Part shown: piece by piece, positions 16,819 to 24,768 of the stretch
How the letters are laid out: each line of letters opens with the position of its first letter
How positions within the stretch are numbered: the first letter of the stretch is position 1
NCBI GenBank assembly: GCA_027621385.1
Contig: JAQCBQ010000001.1
Coordinates: forward strand, 1 to 39,741
From: Bacteroidota bacterium
Lineage (GTDB): Bacteria; Bacteroidota; Bacteroidia; CAIKAF01
DNA length: 39,741 nucleotides
Direction: 5' to 3'
The notes under the pieces: generated by a model
What the model was told of the DNA's origin: nothing
Seen by the model: only the letters and a program-made list of their open reading frames with translations
The model's database searches: none
Program-made: the position numbers and the translations under genes

Positions 16819-17976
16819 ATGTCTATGTTGGAATTGGTTTTTTGGTTGGTATTCGGCCTGATTTTGTTCATCTACATAGGTTATGCACTTTTAATTGGCC
16901 TGAGTTCAAAATTATTCCCCAAGCCGCCAACACATTGGGCCAACACCCAAGATTTACCTTCAGTCTGCATCATTATTCCAGCATTTAATGAAGCAACATG
17001 CCTAAATCAAAAAGTGTTCAATACGCTGGCGTTAGATTATCCCTCCGAAAAACTAAAGATCATTGTGATAACCGACGGCAGTTCCGATGGCTCAGAGACC
17101 CTTACATGGGCCGATGAACGCGTAATCAGGCTACACCAACCCCAGCGGGAAGGGAAATCCGCCGCGATTAACCGCGCTATGCCTTTCTCCGATGCTGAAA
17201 TTACCGCCATTACCGATGCAAACACCCTATTGAATTCCGACGCCCTTTTGGCCTTAACCTCTCCTTTTCAATCGAATTCTATAGGAGGCGTGGCTGGTGA
17301 AAAGCGCGTTCAAACCGATTTTGGAAATAGTACTTCCAATGAAGGCCTTTATTGGAAATACGAAAGCCGTTTAAAGCGTTGGGATGCGCAGGTTTACTCC
17401 ATTGTAGGTGCTGCTGGAGAATTGTTTGCCTTTCGAACCCATCTGTTCCAGCCCCTTGAAATCGATGCTATTCTAGATGACTTTATGCTGTCGGTTCGAA
17501 TTGTTGAGCAAGGGTACCGGGTAGGTTATGCCCCAAATGCCCAAGCTACAGAAAGCGCAAGCCCAAGCCTGTCCGCCGAATGGAAACGGAAAATACGAAT
17601 CGCTGCTGGGGTTTTCCAGTCTTTACCAAGGCTAGACCTTCCCCTAAAACCCAGCAAATACCCCTTGGCCTGGGCCATTTTTGTTGGACATCGATGGATG
17701 CGCTGGATGTTGGCTCCGCCCCTATTGCTAATTCTATTGCCTCTGCACCTCAATTTGGGACTGTCGATGGGTGGATTGTGGCTGCTCTTTGCCTTCATTC
17801 ACCTGAGCGCCTACATCTTGGCCAGTTTGGGCTTTGCCCTGAATTCATTTCAGCTTAAAATCCCTTTTTTCTATACGCCCATGTACTTTGTCATGATGAA
17901 TGCAGCCATGGTGGCAGGGGCTTTTCGCTTTTTTTCAGGCAAACAATCCGTGCTCTGGGAAAAAGTGCGTTCATAA
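16819..17976 (+). CDS. Family 2 glycosyltransferase, membrane-integrated
   Basis: An N-terminal transmembrane segment is followed by IIIPAFNE, ITDGSSDGS and TDAN. Four predicted C-terminal transmembrane segments resemble processive GT2 enzymes, but the QxxRW motif is replaced by EWKRKIRI. Confidence 0.8.
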   Translation: MSMLELVFWLVFGLILFIYIGYALLIGLSSKLFPKPPTHWANTQDLPSVCIIIPAFNEATCLNQKVFNTLALDYPSEKLKIIVITDGSSDGSETLTWADERVIRLHQPQREGKSAAINRAMPFSDAEITAITDANTLLNSDALLALTSPFQSNSIGGVAGEKRVQTDFGNSTSNEGLYWKYESRLKRWDAQVYSIVGAAGELFAFRTHLFQPLEIDAILDDFMLSVRIVEQGYRVGYAPNAQATESASPSLSAEWKRKIRIAAGVFQSLPRLDLPLKPSKYPLAWAIFVGHRWMRWMLAPPLLLILLPLHLNLGLSMGGLWLLFAFIHLSAYILASLGFALNSFQLKIPFFYTPMYFVMMNAAMVAGAFRFFSGKQSVLWEKVRS

Positions 17977-17995
17977 AACAAGGCAGTTCCTATAC

Positions 17996-19669
17996 TTAAT
18001 CCATCATGGCAGCACGAAGTAATTGCCGGGTATATTCCTCCTCTGGCCGTTCGAAGATGTCGTCTGCCGTTCCCCGTTCAACCACCTTCCCAGCCCTCAT
18101 CACTAAGATATGATCGCTCATGAAATGCACCACGGGTAAATCGTGCGAAATAAACAAACAAGCAAACCCTTCTTCCTCCTGCAATCGGCGCAACAAATTC
18201 AACACTTGTGCTTGGACGGACACATCCAAAGCGGCCACAGATTCATCGCAGATTAAAATTTGAGGTTTTAAAGCCATGGCTCGAGCAATGCCAATTCGCT
18301 GACGCTGTCCCCCACTAAATTCAGCAGGATATCGATCAAACATGCTGACACTTAGTCCTACTCGCTCCATCCAATTTTTAGCCTCCTCTCGGCAGGCCCG
18401 CACACTTGAAAACCTTCGGTGCACCCACAAGGGCTCTGCAATGGCTTCACCTACAGACATATATGGGTTTAGGGATCCAAAGGGGTCTTGAAAAATCAGT
18501 TGCACATTGGGCCTGAATTTCCTTAATGCTTCTCCGCTCAGCGTCCGCAAATTTGTTTCTCCAAAGTAAATGGAGCCAGATTCTACAGGGGCAAGGCCAA
18601 CCAAAGCTTTTCCCAACGTTGATTTTCCACAGCCCGATTCCCCAACCAAGCCCAATGTTTGCCCAGCATTCAACGTCAAATCGACACCATCAACAGCCTT
18701 TAATATTGTTTTTGGACGACCAAGCCAGGTTTTTGAAAGGGGGTAATGAACACTTAGCGAAGATACATCCAACAAGGTTTTTTCAGTTGCAGCAGAGCTG
18801 GTCCTTGGTTGTATGAATTCTGCCGCTTGCTCTCTGCCTGCTAAAAAATCTTCCACCGAAGGTAAACGGGCTGGGCGAAGGTGCGCCGACATTTGTCTTG
18901 GTCTACAGGCCCACAAACTACGGGTGTATGGATGTGTAGGATTAGCAACAATATCATTGACCGCCCCCTGTTCCACTAAATCTCCACGGTAAAGCACAGC
19001 AATTCGGTGAGCCAAGGAAGAAACTACTCCCAAATCGTGGGAAATGAAAAGCATTGACATTCCCCGCTGATCCTGTAAACTTCGAAGGGTGCCCAATATG
19101 CTTTTTTGTACTGTGGCATCTAGGGCGGTGGTGGGTTCATCTGCAATCAACAGGCCCGGAGAACATGAAATTGCCATGGCAATCATGACGCGCTGTTTTT
19201 GTCCCCCTGAAATTTGATGGGGATAGGCTCTAAGCATGGCCTCTGGTCTAGGCAGCTGCACTTCTTTAAAGAGTTCCAGGCAGCGGGCCTTCGCTTGCGC
19301 AGCATTCATCGGTTCATGTACCCGCAAGGCTTCCATCACCTGAAATCCACACGTATAATATGGATTTAAAGACGTCATGGGCTCTTGAAAAATCATGGCC
19401 GCAGATTTGCCCCGAAGCTCGGGTAATTTCGATTTGGGCCATTTCAACACATCGATGTTGCTTCCTTTGTGCTGTAGCCAGATTGAACCCGTTGCAAGCC
19501 CCGGATTCAAGCGCAAAATGCTGAGTGAGGTAAGGGATTTCCCGCTGCCGGATTCTCCGACCAATCCTAGGGTTTCAGCGGGATTAATTTGCAAGGATAC
19601 ATTCCGCACTACTTCCTTCCCTTGAAAGGAAACGCTTAAAGATTGAATGTCGAGCAGCGGAGCTGCCAT
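17996..19669 (-). CDS. ABC transporter ATP-binding protein with duplicated ATPase domains (oligopeptide/YejF-like)
   Basis: Two Walker A motifs (GESGSGKS, GESGCGKS), two signature motifs (ISGGQKQR, FSGGQRQR) and two Walker B motifs (LLIADEPTTALD, ILICDESVAALD) are present. Confidence 0.9.
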   Translation of the reverse strand: MAAPLLDIQSLSVSFQGKEVVRNVSLQINPAETLGLVGESGSGKSLTSLSILRLNPGLATGSIWLQHKGSNIDVLKWPKSKLPELRGKSAAMIFQEPMTSLNPYYTCGFQVMEALRVHEPMNAAQAKARCLELFKEVQLPRPEAMLRAYPHQISGGQKQRVMIAMAISCSPGLLIADEPTTALDATVQKSILGTLRSLQDQRGMSMLFISHDLGVVSSLAHRIAVLYRGDLVEQGAVNDIVANPTHPYTRSLWACRPRQMSAHLRPARLPSVEDFLAGREQAAEFIQPRTSSAATEKTLLDVSSLSVHYPLSKTWLGRPKTILKAVDGVDLTLNAGQTLGLVGESGCGKSTLGKALVGLAPVESGSIYFGETNLRTLSGEALRKFRPNVQLIFQDPFGSLNPYMSVGEAIAEPLWVHRRFSSVRACREEAKNWMERVGLSVSMFDRYPAEFSGGQRQRIGIARAMALKPQILICDESVAALDVSVQAQVLNLLRRLQEEEGFACLFISHDLPVVHFMSDHILVMRAGKVVERGTADDIFERPEEEYTRQLLRAAMMD

Positions 19670-20208
19670 TAAGAAGGTAGCTGAGGTTCCGAGTTGGAAC
19701 TGTTGCCCGGTGGAGCCCGAAATATCAGGCGAATCATTCCAGGGCCATGGAAAGGACTTTCGTCCATGATTTCCAACACGGCGTCGGGCTTAGACATGGC
19801 AAACACTCCTTGGTCCATTAACGCCTCCTGATTCCATGCCGCCTCAAAATGAGCCACTGCCAATTCCGTCAATTCTTCTGCTCGCTGTTCAGAATCTAAA
19901 AAGACCTGAACATAAATTTCATCCAATCGGCCTTCAATAAATTGATATTGAACTTCATAGTATTCAGAATCTGAATAATGAAAATGGTATTTGGCGAAGC
20001 CTGAATCCAAGGCCATAAGTGCTTTTGCGTCTTCCAATTCCTGTACTTTTTCCCAGGTTTCACCCAATTTAACGCCACGCCAATGGGCTTCCGCAGGCCC
20101 GGCCATTTCTTCAAAATGCGCTTTGAAAGGCGACCCAAAGCAGGCCCACAGCAGCACAAAGGGGCATATCCAAGCAAAAGTTCGAAGATTCATACCACGA
20201 AGATACAT
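19669..20208 (-). CDS. Hypothetical secreted protein or lipoprotein
   Basis: The hydrophobic N-terminus is MNLRTFAWICPFVLLWACFG and the body is acidic. Its stop overlaps the ABC gene ATG as TAATG. No family recognised. Confidence 0.55.
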   Translation of the reverse strand: MYLRGMNLRTFAWICPFVLLWACFGSPFKAHFEEMAGPAEAHWRGVKLGETWEKVQELEDAKALMALDSGFAKYHFHYSDSEYYEVQYQFIEGRLDEIYVQVFLDSEQRAEELTELAVAHFEAAWNQEALMDQGVFAMSKPDAVLEIMDESPFHGPGMIRLIFRAPPGNSSNSEPQLPS

Positions 20209-20257
20209 CTATGCAGTTAAATCCGCCAAGCCATATTTTTTCCTATTTTATTTTTTT

Positions 20258-20407
20258 GGGCGGTAGCCGGGCTTTCAGGGCTTGTCCGCGGTTGCCGGAA
20301 GGCTGTCCCAGCGGGCTTGCGGTGGCTCCTAAAGTCGCCTCCGCGCCACGCGGGCCAGGCTCCGCCAACCTTGCGGGCAAGCCTCTTCAATCCCTACCGC
20401 AAGCGCC
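20258..20407 (-). repeat. GC-rich repeat family B, copy B3, reverse orientation
   Basis: The sequence runs gggcggtagccgggctttcaggg ... gtggctcctaaagtcgcctccgcgccacgcggg ... caatccctaccgcaagcgcc. It ends 14 nt from the stop of the 20422..20760 gene. Confidence 0.85.
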
Positions 20408-20421
20408 TCGATAGAAAACCA

Positions 20422-20760
20422 TTATCTTCCTTTAGGCCAGCCCAAAAAGAACAATCCCATCGAAATGCTCCATATATAGGTTAAGGGGGGCTGTACGGCC
20501 ACATTGGGCAAAGGATACACCAACAAGCCAAGGCCAGACAGAACTACACATGAGGCAAAAAACCTTGATGCCCATGAAGGCCCCGTAACCGAAGCTAAGG
20601 ACAAGGCCGTACTGCTTAAAAGTAAACCCAATAAAAACCATTCATTTTTGGCCGCGGGCAAGACCCATCTCAACCAATCCAGATGAAACCAAGCAGGAAC
20701 AATAGGCAAGGTAATGCGAAACACCCAAGAGGTCAATTCTTGGAAAAATCGAGTCGTCAT
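20422..20760 (-). CDS. Hypothetical integral membrane protein
   Basis: 112 aa with 3 to 4 hydrophobic segments. It starts 7 nt after the frr stop. No family recognised. Confidence 0.5.
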   Translation of the reverse strand: MTTRFFQELTSWVFRITLPIVPAWFHLDWLRWVLPAAKNEWFLLGLLLSSTALSLASVTGPSWASRFFASCVVLSGLGLLVYPLPNVAVQPPLTYIWSISMGLFFLGWPKGR

Positions 20761-20767
20761 ACCGAGG

Positions 20768-21325
20768 CTAAACGGTCATTATTTCCTTTTCCTTGCGCTG
20801 ACACAAATCCTCCACCTTGATGGTGAATTCGTCGATCATTTTTTGCACCCGAGCCTCTAAATCCTTGGCCACATCTTCTGCCAACCCTTCTTTGACCAAT
20901 TTTTTAAATCCTTCATTGGCATCCCGACGGGCATTGCGCAAACTTACTTTGGCATTTTCAGCTTCGGCTTTAGCCATTTTAACCATATCCTTCCTACGCT
21001 CCTCTGTCAATGGTGGCACGTGGATTCGAATCATTTCTCCGTCGTTCTGAGGGTTAAGGTTTAGGTTGCTATTGATAATGGCACGTTCTATGTCTTGCAG
21101 CATTTTCTTTTCCCAAGGCTGAACCGTTAACGTACGGCCATCGGGAGTGTTCACGTTGGCCACCTGTTGCAGGGGCACATTGGAACCGTAATATTCAACA
21201 TATACCGAATCCAACATGGCAGGGTTGGCTTTTCCGGTTCTAATCTTCAACAATTCATCCTCAAGGTGAGAAATTGCTTTATCCATGTTCCCACGGCAAC
21301 GTTGCATAATGGCATCAGTACTCAT
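20768..21325 (-). CDS. frr: Ribosome recycling factor
   Basis: 185 aa with a typical RRF sequence: IRTGKANPAMLD, VQPWEK, PPLTEERRKDMVK, RNARRDAN. Confidence 0.92.
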   Translation of the reverse strand: MSTDAIMQRCRGNMDKAISHLEDELLKIRTGKANPAMLDSVYVEYYGSNVPLQQVANVNTPDGRTLTVQPWEKKMLQDIERAIINSNLNLNPQNDGEMIRIHVPPLTEERRKDMVKMAKAEAENAKVSLRNARRDANEGFKKLVKEGLAEDVAKDLEARVQKMIDEFTIKVEDLCQRKEKEIMTV

Positions 21326-21352
21326 CTTTTCAAGTTTTTTTGGGTATGGGAA

Positions 21353-21547
21353 TTAATTTTTTGCACAGGTTTCTGAAGGCAAAGCTCCGCACATACTGCA
21401 GGGCTGACCTTCCTTATTTAAAAACGGACTTTGACTTGCACAGGTTCCTGAAAACTTTCCGTCCTTTTTCACTAAAATTTTAATTGCAATCCCGGCAAAA
21501 GCCAAGGCTAGCAAACCAATTACTAAAAGCATTAAAGTCCAGTTCAT
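21353..21547 (-). CDS. Small single-pass membrane protein with a Cys-rich tail
   Basis: 64 aa with an N-terminal transmembrane segment (LMLLVIGLLALAFAGIAIKIL), then GTCASQ..C..C........C. A perfect TAnnTTTG box lies upstream. Confidence 0.55.
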   Translation of the reverse strand: MNWTLMLLVIGLLALAFAGIAIKILVKKDGKFSGTCASQSPFLNKEGQPCSMCGALPSETCAKN

Positions 21548-21557
21548 ATACCGATGC

Positions 21558-21565
21558 TATCTTTG
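21558..21565 (+). promoter_or_regulatory. Candidate -7 box for mazG
   Basis: TATCTTTG is a perfect TAnnTTTG, 25 nt upstream of the ATG at 21590. It lies inside the longer 21554 ORF, which argues for the 21590 start. Confidence 0.3.
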
Positions 21566-21573
21566 TTCTATTG

Positions 21574-21581
21574 CAAAGGTA
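21574..21581 (-). promoter_or_regulatory. Candidate -7 box for the small Cys-rich membrane protein gene
   Basis: The minus strand reads TACCTTTG, a perfect TAnnTTTG, 27 nt upstream of the ATG at 21547. Confidence 0.3.
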
Positions 21582-21589
21582 AAAAACAC

Positions 21590-22378
21590 ATGGATTCTAC
21601 ACTGCTTGCTTTTGGCCGTTTATTAAAGATTATGGATGAATTGCGGGAGCAATGCCCCTGGGATCAAAAACAAACCATGCAGTCCTTACGGACGTTGAGC
21701 ATTGAAGAACTGTATGAATTGTCGGATGCCATTCTTACGGAATCTCCAGACGATATTCGCAAGGAACTTGGAGACTTATTCTTACACTTGGTCTTTTACG
21801 CCCGAATTGGTCGAGAAAAAAATTGGTTCACCTTGGACCAAGTTTTGAACGGTATTTGCGACAAACTCATACAACGGCATCCTCATATTTATGGTGATGT
21901 TCAGGTTCAAAACGATCAAGAGGTAAAGAGGAACTGGGAACAAATCAAACTTCGTGAAGGCAACACTTCGGTATTGGGTGGAGTACCTGCCGGATTGCCT
22001 GCTTTGGTAAAGTGTTGGAGATTGCAGGAAAAAGCGGCTGGAGTTGGATTCGATTGGGAAAAACCCGAACAGGTTTGGGAAAAGGTTAAGGAAGAGCTGC
22101 ATGAATTTGAGGAAGCCCGAGCCAATCAAGATTTAGACAATCAAGAAGAAGAAATGGGGGATATGCTGTTCGCCTTGGTTAATTATGCCCGGCTTTCGGG
22201 CATCAATCCGGAAGATGCTCTAGAACGAACGAACAGAAAATTCATTCATCGGGTACAGGGCATTGAATCTTGGCTGCGACACTATGGGCAAACATGGGGT
22301 CAAGTGGATATATCAATAACAGAAGGATATTATCAGCGAATTAAGCGGGGAGAATTTCCTCCGGAAACGAAGGAATAA
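21590..22378 (+). CDS. mazG: Nucleoside triphosphate pyrophosphohydrolase MazG
   Basis: Motifs seen are LREQCPWDQKQT, the first EExYE motif (IEELYELSDAI) and the second domain (EEMGDMLFALVNYAR). Confidence 0.88.
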   Translation: MDSTLLAFGRLLKIMDELREQCPWDQKQTMQSLRTLSIEELYELSDAILTESPDDIRKELGDLFLHLVFYARIGREKNWFTLDQVLNGICDKLIQRHPHIYGDVQVQNDQEVKRNWEQIKLREGNTSVLGGVPAGLPALVKCWRLQEKAAGVGFDWEKPEQVWEKVKEELHEFEEARANQDLDNQEEEMGDMLFALVNYARLSGINPEDALERTNRKFIHRVQGIESWLRHYGQTWGQVDISITEGYYQRIKRGEFPPETKE

Positions 22379-22737
22379 GTAAGAGTTTAGACATCAATAC
22401 AGTCTGCCAACCCCTGATTGTAGGTCATTTTGCCCTGCGCTTTCAAGGGAGAATTTCCCTTTCGGGTTTTCGGTTTTAGCCAATAGGAATTTCCTGAAGG
22501 TTGCGCTTTGGCTTACCCAAAAAAAGGTTGCCTCGAGCCCTTCGGGTCTCCGAACTTTTCCACCATTAAACGGATTCTTGAAATTCGCTTTAACCTCCTT
22601 TCCTTCCTCCTCTTCCTCTCCTGAAATGGATGAATTTGCCAGTTCATCCCGTCTCATTCCCATGCTCCCGCCTCCTGTACCAGCAAAGTTGCCTTTGCAT
22701 GATTCAGAAAGCTTTTCTGAGACTCCCCAAGGCGAAC

Positions 22738-22906
22738 CTGGTTTCACTTTTCAGCGCCACCAAATTCCCGTAGTTCACTCCAAAAAGTTCCCTAACTGTT
22801 CTTCGCCACCCCAAATACGTGACGAACCTTACCTTTTTAACGTTTCATCGATGAACTACGAATTTACGCGAGGATTTTCAAAATGTCAAGGTGAAATACC
22901 ATTTTT
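22738..22906. repeat. Repeat family A, copy 2
   Basis: It aligns with window positions 1..170. It lies in a 663-nt gene-free gap between the convergent mazG and glpK genes. Confidence 0.8.
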
Positions 22907-23041
22907 GGGCTGTAAGAACAACCCATTTGAGGTAGATAACCATTTGAATAGATTGCTGTGCAATGGTTTTAGGGAGATTAAACATTTTGAAAAAAAAAAT
23001 TCTTTTGTAGCCCAAGGGCCATTTTAAAGACTGGCATTACT

Positions 23042-24508
23042 TTACCAACCCAAACAAACCTGTACAGCGCGCTGCCAACGTTGGCGCTCTTGAACGCGTC
23101 GCTCTGGCTTGTTCGGCAGGAAAACAGCATTGGCCTCGGCCACATGGGCATGGTTCAAATCCCACAAACCAAATCCATAACCGGCCATTACTGCCGCTCC
23201 CCAGGCGGTAGATTCAGCAATGGGACTTCGGAGCACCCGAATGCCTGCCAAATCCGCCTGATTTTGCATCAGCACATTGGAAGCAGAAGCTCCTCCATCC
23301 ACCCAGACCTCTGCAATTGGGAATCCAGAACAGCGTTGCATGCATTCGAACACATCTGCAGTCTGATGAGCAATAGCATCAAAGGCGGAACGTACCAATT
23401 CAGCTTTCCCTGAACCCGAATTTAATCCCAGCCAAGTTCCTCTGGCTCTTGGCGACCAATGTGGGGCTCCCAAACCATTGAACGCCGGAACCAAAATGAC
23501 TCCACCGCTTGAATCGACAGATTCTGCCAAGGCATTTAATCCCTGCATAGAATCGGCCAAGTGTAGGTTTTCACTGAGCCAATTTAATAGAGCTCCGGCC
23601 ATAAAAATGCTGCCCTCTAAGGCAAATTCTTTTCCGTTTGAGGTATGCCAGGCGAGTGTACTGAGCAATTCTGGTCCGGATTCCGGACGGGTTTTCCCGG
23701 CATGTTGCATAATAAAACAACCCGTTCCGTAGGTGTTTTTGGTTGCGCCGGGCTGCAGACAGCCCTGGCCGAGCAAGGAAGCTTGTTGGTCGCCTAGTAC
23801 TCCAGTTAGAGGGATTTCATGCATTCCGGGGAGTTTAATGTGACCAAATTGGGCATCGCTGGGTAAAATTTGTGGCAATAGCCCCGAATTGATATTCCAA
23901 TATTCAAGCAATTGCGGGTCCCAAATTCCCTCTTCTAGATGATACAATGAAGTCCTAGACGCGTTGCTGGCTTCGGTAACGTGTTTTTCCAACAGATGAA
24001 ACATTAACCAGCTATCTATGGTTCCCATAGCGAGCTGGCCTTGCTCAGCGGCGGCAGCGACCTCTTCATTGTTTTGAAGCAGCCAAGCCATTTTACCTGC
24101 ACTGAAATAGGGGTCTAAGCCCAGGCCGGTTCTAGATCTGACCTCGGATTCAAGGCCGGCGGCTTTCATGGCTTCGCAGGTATCTGTGGTTCGGCGGTCT
24201 TGCCATACAATGGCTGGGGCCAAAGCTCTACCGGTTCGTTTATCCCAAGCCACAACTGTTTCTCGTTGATTGGTAAGGCCTGCACAAACTACATTTAACT
24301 TGTTTTTCCGAGCATAGGTCAACACCTGCTCTATGCATTCATAGGCTGCTTGCCAAATCAATCCCGGCGATTGCTCTACCCATCCATTGTGAGGGAAGTC
24401 TAAGGGGACGGCCCTTCGGGCCTCAGAAAAAAGATTCCCATCTGTTCCAAACAGAAGAGCTCGAACCGAAGAGGTGCCGGCGTCTAGGCTTAAAATAGAA
24501 GTGCGCAT
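23042..24508 (-). CDS. glpK: Glycerol kinase (FGGY family)
   Basis: Motifs seen are LDAGTSSVRALLF, NQRETVVAWD, VWQDRRT, GDQQASLLGQ and VDGGASASN. Confidence 0.88.
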   Translation of the reverse strand: MRTSILSLDAGTSSVRALLFGTDGNLFSEARRAVPLDFPHNGWVEQSPGLIWQAAYECIEQVLTYARKNKLNVVCAGLTNQRETVVAWDKRTGRALAPAIVWQDRRTTDTCEAMKAAGLESEVRSRTGLGLDPYFSAGKMAWLLQNNEEVAAAAEQGQLAMGTIDSWLMFHLLEKHVTEASNASRTSLYHLEEGIWDPQLLEYWNINSGLLPQILPSDAQFGHIKLPGMHEIPLTGVLGDQQASLLGQGCLQPGATKNTYGTGCFIMQHAGKTRPESGPELLSTLAWHTSNGKEFALEGSIFMAGALLNWLSENLHLADSMQGLNALAESVDSSGGVILVPAFNGLGAPHWSPRARGTWLGLNSGSGKAELVRSAFDAIAHQTADVFECMQRCSGFPIAEVWVDGGASASNVLMQNQADLAGIRVLRSPIAESTAWGAAVMAGYGFGLWDLNHAHVAEANAVFLPNKPERRVQERQRWQRAVQVCLGW

Positions 24509-24560
24509 AGGGTTGCAAGATACGGGGTTTTCGAAGCAGAGGGATTTTTACACGAGGATT

Positions 24561-24700
24561 GCGCCCCGATTGCAGCGGCAGGCATGCCTTGCTTTGGCGT
24601 ATTGGGGCGGGTAAGGCCGGGCGACCTTGGGAGCCACGGCCCTGCCCTGCCCCAAAGCCAAAGCAAGGTATGACTACAGCGGAAAGCGGATAAGGCGCCC
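24561..24700 (+). repeat. Divergent member of GC-rich family B (copy B4) that forms a long hairpin
   Basis: It shares the 18-nt core ggcgaccttgggagccac exactly with B1. The arm ccttgctttggc (24587..24598) pairs with gccaaagcaagg (24656..24667). Inner pairs are ggggcggg/ccctgcccc and ggccg/cggcc, and the outer pair is gcgcc/ggcgc. Confidence 0.65.
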
Positions 24701-24768
24701 AAAACCTCAAGAAAAAGCCAAAGTGAATTACTACCTTCGTAGTTCAACCTATTTGCAAGAAACCGAAC

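Noticed and set aside
22394-23027. ORFs 22394..22747(-) and 22578..23027(+) in the mazG-glpK gap
   Set aside because: Their composition is low-complexity and odd. The plus-strand ORF starts at a TTG, and a 1-nt indel breaks its frame in the other repeat copy (window start). No recognisable domain is present.
22379-23041. Possibility that the long gap encodes RNase P RNA, tmRNA, 6S RNA or a tRNA
   Set aside because: I looked for the RNase P conserved blocks (GGAAAGTCCGGGC, ACAGAACCCGGCTTA), a tmRNA tag ORF ending in ALAA with a TCCACCA end, and T-loop GGTTCGAATCC. I found none on either strand.
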